Shown: positions 9,959 to 19,868 of the stretch, piece after piece | Layout: the number at the start of each line of letters is the position of its first letter | How positions within the stretch are numbered: position 1 is the first letter of the stretch | Assembly: GCA_043803765.1 (NCBI GenBank) | Contig: JAZDJQ010000013.1 | Span: 1-46,339 of the forward strand | Length of the DNA: 46,339 nt | Reading direction: 5' to 3' | DNA from: Candidatus Iainarchaeum sp. | Lineage (GTDB): Archaea > Iainarchaeota > Iainarchaeia > Iainarchaeales > VGJJ01 | Made by a program: the position numbers and the translations under genes | The notes under the pieces: generated by a model | Databases searched by the model: none | What the model saw: only the letters and a program-made list of their open reading frames with translations | Told to the model about the DNA's origin: nothing

Positions 9959-11538
9959 ACGATTCCTCCAATAGCGGGTTTTTCTTCTTCTGTTTCCGGT
10001 TTATCAAATCGGCTTTCTCGAATGTGGGCGTCTTTGAAAAAGAATTGGGGCACTCTTCCAGGGGTATTAATGAATCCTTTTGATGCGGCATACGCTGAAG
10101 TGGTTTGCCAGCACCCGTTGTTGATAATGGTGGTTCCTCGGTATTGCGCATACGCGTTATAGTGATTGTCTCCTCCGATGTATACGTCCGGGTGTTCTCG
10201 TACGAGCATGTAGGCTTTAGGTTCTGGTGCATACGGGTGTTTTGTTCCATATACGCTCATCAAGTCTCTTTTGATGAGCAGTTCTTTGATGACTTCCTCC
10301 GGCTTGGTTGGAGGAATGTTCATGGCAAACATCCCCCCGATGAGCCCGCTTCCATGATAGATGAGTGTTTTTTGTCCTTCTATTTCCACCCATGAGGGGG
10401 ATGGAAGGAAGTGGATGTTTTTTCTTTCGTATAGTTGGGGAACAAATTCTTTGATGAGCGGGGGTTGCGGGTCGTGCCATCGGCACGGGTCATGATTCCC
10501 GGGAGTAATAAAAATTTCTAAATGGTCGGGCAGTTGAAGCACATAGTTTTGGAACTGGTTGTATTGTTCATAGATATCTTTTACTTCCAGCTCGTTTATT
10601 TGATTGGGATACACGCCTATTCCATCAACGTTATCGCCGGCAATCACCAAATATTTTAGTTTTCCTACTCGCTGCTTTTCCGTATCGCTTCCGACGCGTT
10701 GGTTCATCCATTCGATGAATTTTTCCCACCAGTTTCGTAGGAATAGTTTGCTCCCAATGTGAATATCGCTTGTAATGACCATTCCTAAATCGACATCGCT
10801 TGTTTTGGGTTTTCGTTGGGGTAAGTCCGGCCATGAAAAATCTTTAACAATCATCAATTCTCCTGTTCGGGCAAGTTTTACTTTCATTCCTATTACATCG
10901 TCTTCCGTGAGCCGTTTGGCTTTCTCGATTAATTCGGCGTCGGATGCGGGGATGAGTGCTTTTCCATTTCCTTCTAAATCCTCTATTCCTAATAGGATGT
11001 GTCCATTTTTGGTGTTCTGTTTTTCACTTACCATTACAATGATTTCGAATTCGATATCTCTTCCCTGCCGGTCAACTTTGGATAATGGTTTGGGTTGATA
11101 CCCTCTTGTTTTGAGTTCGGTGGAAAGAAATTCGTATTTGTCTTGAAACAATAATAGGAAGTCGTTTGCTTTTCCTTTGGAATCCGAGCTTCCTGAATAG
11201 TTAAGGTGGTGCAAGATGCGATAATTGGATGAGTATTCTCTTGCTAATGGTTTTGGTTTGATTGAAGCGCTTTCGGTTATCGTGGATAGGGGGTTATTTT
11301 CTAGTATTGCGGTTCTTTTTCGTTCAATTGCGGCGCGGGAAATAATGAATTGGTTTTCTGTTGCGAGAGAATCAAGAATAGGAATGTAGGATTCTCCTTC
11401 TCCTAATTCTTCTAATGCGTCGAGTTGGAGCATGAGTCCTTTTTGGTGGGCATAATGTAACACGCGCTCATGCTGTGTTTCACGGGTTGTGAGGGAAATT
11501 GTTTTATTGCGTGCGGTTTCATCCATGGGTTGTATCAT
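9955..11538 (-). CDS. polB: DNA polymerase D small subunit DP1 (proofreading exonuclease)
   Basis: OB fold plus calcineurin-like motifs SDIHIGS, AGDNVDGIGVYP, PGNHD, YHG; overlaps polC start by 4 nt. Confidence 0.95.
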   Translation of the reverse strand: MIQPMDETARNKTISLTTRETQHERVLHYAHQKGLMLQLDALEELGEGESYIPILDSLATENQFIISRAAIERKRTAILENNPLSTITESASIKPKPLAREYSSNYRILHHLNYSGSSDSKGKANDFLLLFQDKYEFLSTELKTRGYQPKPLSKVDRQGRDIEFEIIVMVSEKQNTKNGHILLGIEDLEGNGKALIPASDAELIEKAKRLTEDDVIGMKVKLARTGELMIVKDFSWPDLPQRKPKTSDVDLGMVITSDIHIGSKLFLRNWWEKFIEWMNQRVGSDTEKQRVGKLKYLVIAGDNVDGIGVYPNQINELEVKDIYEQYNQFQNYVLQLPDHLEIFITPGNHDPCRWHDPQPPLIKEFVPQLYERKNIHFLPSPSWVEIEGQKTLIYHGSGLIGGMFAMNIPPTKPEEVIKELLIKRDLMSVYGTKHPYAPEPKAYMLVREHPDVYIGGDNHYNAYAQYRGTTIINNGCWQTTSAYAASKGFINTPGRVPQFFFKDAHIRESRFDKPETEEEKPAIGGIV

Positions 11539-11539
11539 C

Positions 11540-11824
11540 TCAACTAAAGGTCTCTTTCAAGGCCTCGAGTTCGGAGATAATAGTCCATAATTCGGTGCGT
11601 GAATGGGATGGAAGATTGATGTCGTTGCTCACGTCGTCTAACAAATAGATGGCGCGGGACAATGCAATATCATCTGTAGCGGATAAAATTGTTTTTCGTG
11701 CATCTTCCACTGCTGAACGAATATTGCGTGGAACGCTCGCATCCTCGAGCACTCCGTCCATGAGTTCCGCGATGGCGGCAATATCTTGTTTGACTTTATC
11801 CCAGTCCACTTTTTTCTTGGGCAT
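11540..11824 (-). CDS. UPF0147 family protein
   Basis: D.SVPRNIR...LDDVSNDINLP.HSRT.LW.IISELE signature; start placed at MPKKK. Confidence 0.85.
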   Translation of the reverse strand: MPKKKVDWDKVKQDIAAIAELMDGVLEDASVPRNIRSAVEDARKTILSATDDIALSRAIYLLDDVSNDINLPSHSRTELWTIISELEALKETFS

Positions 11825-11968
11825 TTTTTCCAACCCTCTTTCAGACACCCTAAGGAGTAATATCGCCGATGTCAAGGCATAGTATCCAATAACAGGATAC
11901 TATACTTCTCCATGAAACCTGTCCTCTTAAAGGTAGCGTTGCGCCAGCGCCGCGGGAGAAATAAAATA

Positions 11969-12994
11969 TTATTCCTTGTGTGCCGTTTCTTCTCCATCTA
12001 TTTTGGTTGTTCGTCCAAACCCTAATGCTCTCCATAGTTTGTCTTTGAGGTTGCTTTCTATTCCTTCTCCTTCTCGTATGGCATCTATTCCAAAAATAGC
12101 GTGTGCGGCATTAAGTTGTTCGGTTGTTGAAATATCACACTTGTTTAGTATGATAATGAATTCGGCAGGAAATTGTGTCTTGAGACGCATGAGGAGTTGA
12201 TGTTGCTGTTCAAGGGTATACCCTGATTGGGAAGTGGGGTCGACTATAAACAAGATGCATGTTGCTAAGTGTTTTAATCCTGCGAGGGCTTTTTTTTCAA
12301 TCGTGTTCCATTCCCTGTTAATTTGGTCTAACAACCCAGGGGTGTCCATTACCTGCACTTCACGGTAGCGCATGGAAAAATATCCTAATTGTAATGATTT
12401 TGTTGTAAAAGGATAGGATGCAACAATGGCTTTGCTCGTTGTTAATCGTTTGAGCATGGTTGTTTTTCCTGTGTTGGGGAATCCAGCCAATACAATAGTT
12501 GGAATATCAATTCGTACATCCGGTACTTCTTTGAGTTGTTGGTTGGCAGTCTGTAACACGATGATATTTTCTTTTAGGCTTTTCATGATATTAGCACAAC
12601 GACCATAGTAGCGTGCGCTCTCTTTTTTCATGTGAACTAATGCGTCCGGCGCCACGTGATACATTGCTTTTTTTCCTTGAATGAGTTGCCGTTTCAATAG
12701 TTTTCGTACGCTGATTATTTGGGAGGCGGCCTGCTTTACTTTTCCTACTTGGATGGTTTCGGGGAGTAGTTCTTGATAAAAGGGGTGTAGTTTGTCTATT
12801 CGTGGAACCGAACGCGACAGGTGGTCAAGTTGTTTTTCTAAGTAGTCATAGAATAGTTCCATTCGCCTGAGGACTTTTTCTTTGCGATGTTGAATCGTGC
12901 TCTTTCGGGAGCGTTTAATGTTGCTATTTCTTCGTGCATGGGAAAAAGCATTTTCAACTAGCTTTTCAGGACTTTCAATTGCATAGAATTGCAT
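11969..12994 (-). CDS. NOG1-family ribosome biogenesis GTPase
   Basis: LHPFY helical N-domain, G1 GFPNTGKT, YPFTT, DTPGLLD, NKCD. Confidence 0.9.
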   Translation of the reverse strand: MQFYAIESPEKLVENAFSHARRNSNIKRSRKSTIQHRKEKVLRRMELFYDYLEKQLDHLSRSVPRIDKLHPFYQELLPETIQVGKVKQAASQIISVRKLLKRQLIQGKKAMYHVAPDALVHMKKESARYYGRCANIMKSLKENIIVLQTANQQLKEVPDVRIDIPTIVLAGFPNTGKTTMLKRLTTSKAIVASYPFTTKSLQLGYFSMRYREVQVMDTPGLLDQINREWNTIEKKALAGLKHLATCILFIVDPTSQSGYTLEQQHQLLMRLKTQFPAEFIIILNKCDISTTEQLNAAHAIFGIDAIREGEGIESNLKDKLWRALGFGRTTKIDGEETAHKE

Positions 12995-13092
12995 AGAGAG
13001 GAAGGGGTCGTAATGCGTTTATAATGCCCATGTTGAGAGTCAAAATGTTCATTAATAAGGTTTTTGCTCTCTTCCCTATATTGGTTGTGCGT

Positions 13093-14157
13093 ATGAAGAT
13101 GAATCCTCTTTATGATAAGTCATTCAAACGCCTCATGATTCTTCCAGCGGTTTTGACGGTGATTTTTCTCATTATTATTTTAGTTGCTCCGGGCGTTACA
13201 CTAGGATTGGATTTTGCGGGAGGTACCCGTATTGTTGTAAACACGGATAAGTTGCAGGAACAACCCGTAAAAGACTTGTTGAGTTCCGAATTTGGTCTCC
13301 CAGATAGTAAAGTAACGATTGTGTCAAGTCCGTTTGGTACGAGTGCGCGCATTGAGTATGCCGAGCCAAAAAATCTTTCCGACTCGCGCGTATTATTGGA
13401 GCAGGCGATTGCAAAAAAGACAAGTAATCCTTCCCAAAGTGTTGCCATGTTGAATGATATCATGTCCAAGTTGAATCAACAGTTATTGATTGGAAATGAC
13501 CCTGAATTGCTTATTCCTATTGCTTCGAAGGCAGTGAATGATGCGAGTGCAGCTATTTCGGCAGGGGTACAGGAATCGCTTATTGGACAATTTGGTTTGC
13601 CTTCGGATACTCCTTTTACGGTAGAACAAGTTACTCCTACTTTTGGAGCAAGTTTTTTGGCTAATACTATTTTTGTAGCCATTGTCTCTATTATTTTGTT
13701 GACGATTGTTATTTTTATCTTTTTTAGGGAACTTATTCCTTCTCTTGCGGTGGTAGAAGCAGCCCTTTTTGATATGCTTACCGCGCTTGCTCTTCTAACG
13801 CTGTTCGGATTTTCCATTACCCTTTCAACAGTAGCGGCATTGCTCATGTTAGTTGGATATTCCGTGGATACGGATATTCTGCTTACAACGAGGGTGTTGA
13901 AACGGAGAGATAAAACGGTGTTGGCTCGTGCTAATGATACACTGATGACGGGGCTTACCGTCACATCTACTCTGATGGGGGCTGCTATGGTCATGCTGAT
14001 TGTTTCATGGTCTGCTCAGATGACTACCATTTTTGAAATTTCGGCCACTATTCTGTTTGGTTTGATGGGTGATTTGGTTGCGACGTGGTTCACCAATGCC
14101 CCTATTTTGTTATGGTATTGGGAGAAGAAGAATGGTTCGGTGGAGGCAGCGGCATGA
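13093..14157 (+). CDS. secF: Protein translocase subunit SecF
   Basis: LGLDFAGGT, GYSVDTDILLTTR, six TM helices; start placed at MKMNP. Confidence 0.92.
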   Translation: MKMNPLYDKSFKRLMILPAVLTVIFLIIILVAPGVTLGLDFAGGTRIVVNTDKLQEQPVKDLLSSEFGLPDSKVTIVSSPFGTSARIEYAEPKNLSDSRVLLEQAIAKKTSNPSQSVAMLNDIMSKLNQQLLIGNDPELLIPIASKAVNDASAAISAGVQESLIGQFGLPSDTPFTVEQVTPTFGASFLANTIFVAIVSIILLTIVIFIFFRELIPSLAVVEAALFDMLTALALLTLFGFSITLSTVAALLMLVGYSVDTDILLTTRVLKRRDKTVLARANDTLMTGLTVTSTLMGAAMVMLIVSWSAQMTTIFEISATILFGLMGDLVATWFTNAPILLWYWEKKNGSVEAAA

Positions 14158-15848
14158 CATCCAATAAATCTCTTTGGAAGAATTGGAAAGTGCTTCTCTG
14201 GGCGTTCTTCCTATTGGGAAGTTTAGCTCTTATTTTGAATGTGAGTTTTACAAATGGGATTAGTGTAGGACACAATCTCAAATTGGGAAGCGAGTTTTCA
14301 GGTGGAACATTATTCCAATTACAGTTGGCTGAGCCGGCTACTGCTGCTCAGATGAGTGAAATTCGTTTTATTGTAGAAAAACGGCTCAATCCGAATGGAT
14401 TGCGTGATGTGACAGTATCGAATACGGGGAATCAGATTATTCTTGCCCAGGTGGCTGAAACGGACCCTGCACAAGTGGAAAATTTGCAGGAATTGCTTCT
14501 CAAGCAAGGCCGTTTTGAGTCTTTTTTGAACGGCGAATTGGTGTTTGATGGTGGGCAGATTATTCAGGTAGTGGAGAGTGCTAATCAAGGATATGGTGCC
14601 CATCCCAGCGGAACGGGGAACAGCTATGTGTGGACGCTTCCTTTCTTGTTGAACGATGCGGCTGCTCGGAAGTTTTCTGAATCATCATTTCATCAATGCA
14701 TTCAAACGGGTTTTTCGGCAGGCAGTCCTTCGTATGATTGTGCGGCCACTTATTTTTTCATTGACCGTCCTACTAATGCAATCGTAGTGTATCCTTCTTC
14801 TGTTCGTTCAAGCGATGCGGGGAAGATTGGAGCAAGTGCGTATAATTTTCCTGCCAGTACCACCATTTCAAGTATTCTTACTAATGCGAATCTTCGATTA
14901 GTAGAAACGGATGAGAATGGTTTGACTGCGGAAGGAAGCTCGCTTCTTCTGAACATTCCTGATAATGTAAAAAGTATTATTGTTCCTGATTCCATTAATG
15001 AGGAATTGGTGGAGCAGATTAAGGGGCTAACAACCATTCCTATTGTTACGGTGGAAGAGAAATCGGGGATAGCGTGGATTGTAGATGTTTCGGGATTGCG
15101 GGACGTGATTAATCTTTCCCCCGGCATTACGGGGAACGACCCGTATATTGAAAATGTGAAGGATGTGGCCCCGTTGCCTTTTTTGGTTATTACGGGGACG
15201 GCACCTGATGCCGCGGAAGCAAAAATGCGGTTGGATGATTTGCGCATCCTATTGAAAAGTGGAGCATTGCCCATTCCCATTATTTCAATTAACAAGCAGA
15301 CGGTTTCAGCTGAATTGGGTGGACAGTTTCTTTCGAATGTGTGGTTGATGGGTTTGCTTGCATTGATAGTGGTATCCTTAATTGTATTCATTCGATATAG
15401 GGAACTCAAATTGGTGGCACCTCTCCTTGTAGTAGGTTTGTCTGAAGTCGTGATGATTTTGGGATTTGCAGCGCTGGTAAAGTGGAATTTGGATTTGGCT
15501 TCCATGGCGGGTATTCTGGCAGCCGTTGGAACAGGGGTAGATTCTGAAGTGATTATGACAGATGAAATTCTTCGTCAGGAAAAGGACGCTCATGAGAGTG
15601 ATGAGAAAGGATTAGCTGCTCGGGCGAAACGAGCATTCTTCATTGTGTCGGCTTCTGCAAGCACGGGTATTGCGGCAATGCTTCCGCTTGTTATTCTTGG
15701 TTCAGGTATTGGGAAATTGACTGGTTTTGCTCTTACTACGATTGCCGGGGTATTATTAGGAGTCCTTATTTCTCGTCCTGCGTTCCAGGAAATTATCAAA
15801 TTGATTCTTAATCCAAATAAAGAACAGGATGATGCGGCAACTCATTAG
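14154..15848 (+). CDS. secD: Protein translocase subunit SecD
   Basis: LKLGSEFSGG, LKSGALP, GTGVD, GFALTT; ATGA overlap with secF. Confidence 0.92.
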   Translation: MTSNKSLWKNWKVLLWAFFLLGSLALILNVSFTNGISVGHNLKLGSEFSGGTLFQLQLAEPATAAQMSEIRFIVEKRLNPNGLRDVTVSNTGNQIILAQVAETDPAQVENLQELLLKQGRFESFLNGELVFDGGQIIQVVESANQGYGAHPSGTGNSYVWTLPFLLNDAAARKFSESSFHQCIQTGFSAGSPSYDCAATYFFIDRPTNAIVVYPSSVRSSDAGKIGASAYNFPASTTISSILTNANLRLVETDENGLTAEGSSLLLNIPDNVKSIIVPDSINEELVEQIKGLTTIPIVTVEEKSGIAWIVDVSGLRDVINLSPGITGNDPYIENVKDVAPLPFLVITGTAPDAAEAKMRLDDLRILLKSGALPIPIISINKQTVSAELGGQFLSNVWLMGLLALIVVSLIVFIRYRELKLVAPLLVVGLSEVVMILGFAALVKWNLDLASMAGILAAVGTGVDSEVIMTDEILRQEKDAHESDEKGLAARAKRAFFIVSASASTGIAAMLPLVILGSGIGKLTGFALTTIAGVLLGVLISRPAFQEIIKLILNPNKEQDDAATH

Positions 15849-16375
15849 GATTTTGCTAGTTTTTTCCCCAGCTCTTGAAGGGAGTCAATATTGGTTTCCT
15901 GCATGAGCAGGACAACCCATATTCCCATTCCTATTCCGCTTAGAATAAACCATGAAAGTACGTGCAGTGTTTCTGCGAGAGGAAAAGAAAAATAAACTCC
16001 TACCATTACTATTCCGAGCAAGCGGATAATGTTGAGGAATTGGAGGAAAATAATTCCAATGAGTAATGGAAATAGTTTTTTTTGGGGGAGAGTTGGAAAA
16101 CCTACTATTAGTCCTGCAAAAATTCCTCCGATGGTGATGCCCGTGCAGAATGGCGTAATATCAAACGTTCCATTTTGAGTAAAGAGTAGTGTTCCCTTTA
16201 CTGGAATGTGAAGAATGTCTCCAACGAGGGTGGCAATCCATTCTTGATAGGCAATTATGGGAAATAAGAAAAAGAAAATGGTTATTCCAATGAAAATAAT
16301 GGTGAATCGCAGCAGGAATGTTCGAACGGAAGGATGGGAAAAAAAATAATGGTGAGAATAGTGTCGTGTCACCAT
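15845..16375 (-). CDS. Archaeosortase/exosortase family protein
   Basis: Multi-TM protein with ITPFCTG (Cys), NIIR (Arg) and distal LH (His), the exosortase triad. Confidence 0.8.
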   Translation of the reverse strand: MVTRHYSHHYFFSHPSVRTFLLRFTIIFIGITIFFFLFPIIAYQEWIATLVGDILHIPVKGTLLFTQNGTFDITPFCTGITIGGIFAGLIVGFPTLPQKKLFPLLIGIIFLQFLNIIRLLGIVMVGVYFSFPLAETLHVLSWFILSGIGMGIWVVLLMQETNIDSLQELGKKLAKS

Positions 16376-16881
16376 GGCACCCCTTTTATTCCCGTGATGT
16401 AGGCAATGCGGTTGAATGTGAGATGCATGAACGGTGTTATCATAATGAGCAGAAGAAAAACGGTCCAGTTGGGCGGATTGATTCCTAGGCTGAATAGGAT
16501 TCCTCCTAATACAAAATCAAGCTGGTCTAATACGTGGGCGGGTTTTCCTGATTCCATTCCCATTCTTCGTTTGATGAAACTTCCTATCATATCTCCTGTT
16601 AGTGCCCCAACAGATAATAAGAAAGCAAATGCGACAAAGTGAGACGACACGCTTTCAGTATAGGTTGGGAAAAAGAATGCGAGAGAAAATCCGGTGAATG
16701 TTCCGATGAGAATTCCCATCCCCGTTCCTTTCCATGTTTTCCCTTTTCCTAATAATCGGCGTCCGTCCATCCATTTTTTTTCCATGTCAAGGGGTGTTTT
16801 TCCCCCAAATACCATGGCGGAGGCATTGGCCACATACAATGGAATAGCCGTTAGAATGAGTGTTGTCCATAAATCAGCCAT
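16369..16881 (-). CDS. carS: CDP-archaeol synthase (DUF46)
   Basis: PLYVANA, GG.TPLD, DGRRLLGKGKTWKG, GD.IGSFIKRR, LDQLDF, C-terminal K.VPW. Confidence 0.92.
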   Translation of the reverse strand: MADLWTTLILTAIPLYVANASAMVFGGKTPLDMEKKWMDGRRLLGKGKTWKGTGMGILIGTFTGFSLAFFFPTYTESVSSHFVAFAFLLSVGALTGDMIGSFIKRRMGMESGKPAHVLDQLDFVLGGILFSLGINPPNWTVFLLLIMITPFMHLTFNRIAYITGIKGVPW

Positions 16882-16934
16882 AGAAAGAATGAATCGATGA
16901 CCGGATTAAAAGGAAATGGGGTGTCGTTCCTATC

Positions 16935-17957
16935 ATGCCGCCTAAACCTGTTTCAATTAACAAGAATGGAGAAGATGACCCTCGTATTACTCCATGGAAT
17001 GAAACACCGGCTCCTACCATGGGGCATCGGCCGCGGGGACGCGGTTTGCGTGATTGGCTTGTATTAGGGATGGCTTTTCTTTTGCTTGTCTATGTGTTAT
17101 CCTTCCTTCTTTTGAGTGTTTCAGGCACTGCTCCTTCAAAGGAAAGAGCAGGATTTTTTACTCAAAAAGGAAATGCGGCGTGGATTCCTATTCAGGGAGA
17201 AATTTCTTCCACATCGGGAAGCGGAGAGACAGGGTATCTTGAAATCGTCCAAGCCCTCGATGATGCAGAAAACGACCCTTCGGTTGAATTGATTTTCCTT
17301 GACATTGATTCTCCGGGTGGAAGTGTGGTTGCGAGCAAGCAGATTGTTGCAAAAATAAGGGAAATGGACAAACCGATACTCGCGTGGATTGGGGAAGTGG
17401 GAGCAAGCGGAGCATACTATATTGCGTCGGCATCAGATTACATTGTAACAGATGAGGATTCTATTACGGGAAGTATTGGGGTGATATCCATGCTTCCTAA
17501 CATATCCGTATTGTTAGATAAGATTGGCATTTCGATAGAAGATATTTCTACAGGCGATTTGAAGGGAGTGGGTTCTCCATTTAACGAGTTAACGGATGAA
17601 GAGAAGAGTATTTTCCAAGAATTAGTGGATGAGGCATTTGCTTCTTTTGTAAGTGATGTGAAAGAATTTCGTGGAGAAAAACTGGACGCGGTAGCGTTTG
17701 AAACTATTTTGGATGGACGTATTCTTTCAGGCAGGCAAGCACTCAAAATAGGGTTGATTGACCAGACGGGAACACGGGAAGATGCATTAGTAAAAGCGGG
17801 GGAAATAATGGAAATAGAAGGAAAACCCACTCTTGTTCCTTTTATTGAAAAGTCATTCAGTTTGAGTGAGTTGTTGTTTTCTGCAGGTGCCTCTTTTGGA
17901 AAAGGAATTCAATCAAGCATTCATAACAATACCGTTGCTGGAATTGAGGCAAAGTAG
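16935..17957 (+). CDS. sppA: Signal peptide peptidase SppA (S49)
   Basis: IDSPGGS, GASGAYYIAS, TGSIGVI, DGRIL.G.QA; N-terminal TM. Confidence 0.92.
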   Translation: MPPKPVSINKNGEDDPRITPWNETPAPTMGHRPRGRGLRDWLVLGMAFLLLVYVLSFLLLSVSGTAPSKERAGFFTQKGNAAWIPIQGEISSTSGSGETGYLEIVQALDDAENDPSVELIFLDIDSPGGSVVASKQIVAKIREMDKPILAWIGEVGASGAYYIASASDYIVTDEDSITGSIGVISMLPNISVLLDKIGISIEDISTGDLKGVGSPFNELTDEEKSIFQELVDEAFASFVSDVKEFRGEKLDAVAFETILDGRILSGRQALKIGLIDQTGTREDALVKAGEIMEIEGKPTLVPFIEKSFSLSELLFSAGASFGKGIQSSIHNNTVAGIEAK

Positions 17958-18638
17958 TTAGAATGCTAATGCAAAAAATAATCCGATAACAAATGCAGAA
18001 ACAAAATTAGTAGAATTGTTGTCTAATACCCCTTTTTTTTGGAGCGTAGCGCCTAGGAAGCTGTCAAAGATGGACCCCATCATTCCTGCGAGGAGAATAA
18101 TGATTCCCCAAAAAATGTTTTGAGTGAGAATGAATGCTAGCAGGCCAAAAATAATGGACCCGCCCAACGCGCCCATTAATCCTAGAAGGGAAACTCCTCC
18201 ATCGGTTCCGGTTTCAACTGGTTGAAGAGTGATAATAGAAAGCGGTTTGTATTTGGATAACACTCCTATTTCACTTGATAGGGTGTCGGCAAACGCGGCG
18301 GAGAGCGATGCGAAAAACATTACATTGAAAGATACAGGATTAACCATTAGTGCGATGAGCGCCGGTCCAATGTTTCCGATGATGTTTACGGTAGAACGGA
18401 TGGCATGAGGTTTGCGATAATACTTGTTTCGAATGACTCGTGTTACAAATTCTCCAATGAGAAAAAATAGAATGATGGCAATGAATGACCCTATTCCTCC
18501 CAAGTAAGCAGTGTAAATTGAAATAAATAATCCTATAATAATGGCAGTCGGTTTAAGCAGTCGTTTTCGTATAATAAGAAGAAGGACAATGAGAAGAATA
18601 ACTCCTGCACCCGTCCATTCGATGGGTTGCATGCTCAT
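17958..18638 (-). CDS. DUF92 (TMEM19-like) membrane protein
   Basis: ADTLSSEIG, GTDGGVS.LG, DSFLGATLQ, NN..N. Confidence 0.88.
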   Translation of the reverse strand: MSMQPIEWTGAGVILLIVLLLIIRKRLLKPTAIIIGLFISIYTAYLGGIGSFIAIILFFLIGEFVTRVIRNKYYRKPHAIRSTVNIIGNIGPALIALMVNPVSFNVMFFASLSAAFADTLSSEIGVLSKYKPLSIITLQPVETGTDGGVSLLGLMGALGGSIIFGLLAFILTQNIFWGIIILLAGMMGSIFDSFLGATLQKKGVLDNNSTNFVSAFVIGLFFALAF

Positions 18639-18644
18639 TCAACC

Positions 18645-19274
18645 TCATCCAATTCGAGTAACTTTGAGTATATCGACTCGTTTGATGGGGGCGATCTTTC
18701 GAATATTGGTTAGTATTCCTGCAGTAGAATCTCCTGAAATGAATTGGTGGAGAAGCGATTCATAGTCTTGTCCTGCTGCCAAACTAATTATTCCTTCGTG
18801 CAAGAGTTGTCGTACGATAGAACGTTTTGGTGCTGAAATAGGATTAGATATAATGGCAACTGTTTTGATGCGGGCAATTTGACCGTCTTTGCATCGTGCA
18901 TCGATAATATGTTCTACTTTGCTTGATTTTCTCCTCACGAGGCGTCGTACGGAACCGGGTTGTACTTCCATTCCATACAGTTGCGTGTAGGCGTTCAGCC
19001 CTTGCACGTTGTTCACTTTGAATTTGAGCATGAGTTGGCTTTTCTTAATGTTTCCCGTCATTTCACGCGCACTTATTGATAGGATGCGGTTCATTACATT
19101 TTCGGGTTCCTCTCCCGGGGTATGCGCCAACGTTGTACTGTTGAAAAGAGGCGGTGCTAATAGGTTGAACCATTTCTTTGATTTCCATTTGTCTACTCCT
19201 TTTCTTTTTCGTGCTTTTGGAGCGGCCGTCTTGGCTTCTTTTTTGTTGGTGGGTTCATCCATTATTTGTACCAT
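18645..19274 (-). CDS. rps3ae: 30S ribosomal protein S3Ae (eS1)
   Basis: DKWKSKKWF..APP.F, RRLVRR.SSK, KIAPIKRV.I.K. Confidence 0.92.
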   Translation of the reverse strand: MVQIMDEPTNKKEAKTAAPKARKRKGVDKWKSKKWFNLLAPPLFNSTTLAHTPGEEPENVMNRILSISAREMTGNIKKSQLMLKFKVNNVQGLNAYTQLYGMEVQPGSVRRLVRRKSSKVEHIIDARCKDGQIARIKTVAIISNPISAPKRSIVRQLLHEGIISLAAGQDYESLLHQFISGDSTAGILTNIRKIAPIKRVDILKVTRIG

Positions 19275-19293
19275 TGTAGTATCAACTCCATTA

Positions 19294-19713
19294 TTACTTC
19301 ACCAATAGTGCTGCTTTTTCTTGGGTGTAGCGCCAATCGGATGGAAGCTTTCCCACTCTTGTATAATAATAAACCAGTCTCCTTATTTTGGAAACCGTAA
19401 TACGATACCCTCGCTTTGCTGAATAGTCTTTCTTGTTTGCATTCATGTGTTTTTGCAAGGTAACGCTTTTCTCAATCAAATTGAGCAAATCTTGTGGGAT
19501 GTCTTGTGCGGCCCCTTTTTCTTTTAGAATAACCCCGATTCGTTTCTGCGTGAGCGCTTTGACATTAGGAACGCCATACTGGTCGCGAAGCGCCATCCCT
19601 ATTTTGGCTGTGCTCATTCCCTGATTAGACAAGTTAAGAATCAGTTCTTCGATCTCGGCGGGTTGATAATCAACCCATTGTCCTGGTTTTGCGTCTGTTT
19701 TGGTTTTAGCCAT
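19294..19713 (-). CDS. rps15: 30S ribosome protein S15P/S13e (uS15)
   Basis: IG..LRDQYGVP, IP.DL.NLI, N.KD..AKRG, SKIRRLV.YY, LP.DWRY. Confidence 0.93.
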   Translation of the reverse strand: MAKTKTDAKPGQWVDYQPAEIEELILNLSNQGMSTAKIGMALRDQYGVPNVKALTQKRIGVILKEKGAAQDIPQDLLNLIEKSVTLQKHMNANKKDYSAKRGYRITVSKIRRLVYYYTRVGKLPSDWRYTQEKAALLVK

Positions 19714-19802
19714 ATGATGCTACACTTCCTTTGACTGCCCCTCGCGAGGCAGAACCGAACCCGTCTGGTAAGGAGCGGGTTTAGCTTGGGTTAGAACCAA
19801 GA
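19714..19802 (-). promoter_or_regulatory. Structured 5' leader of rps15 (putative r-leader)
   Basis: Three hairpins: CTTGG/CCAAG, AACCCG/CGGGTT, CTGCC/GGCAG; TATA-like TTTTTAAA at about 19825-19832 upstream. Confidence 0.5.
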
Positions 19803-19868
19803 TAATCCAATCCCCTAGAAAACGTTTAAAAAAGGCAGAGTTAAAAGAACCAAAAAAAAGAGAGGAAT

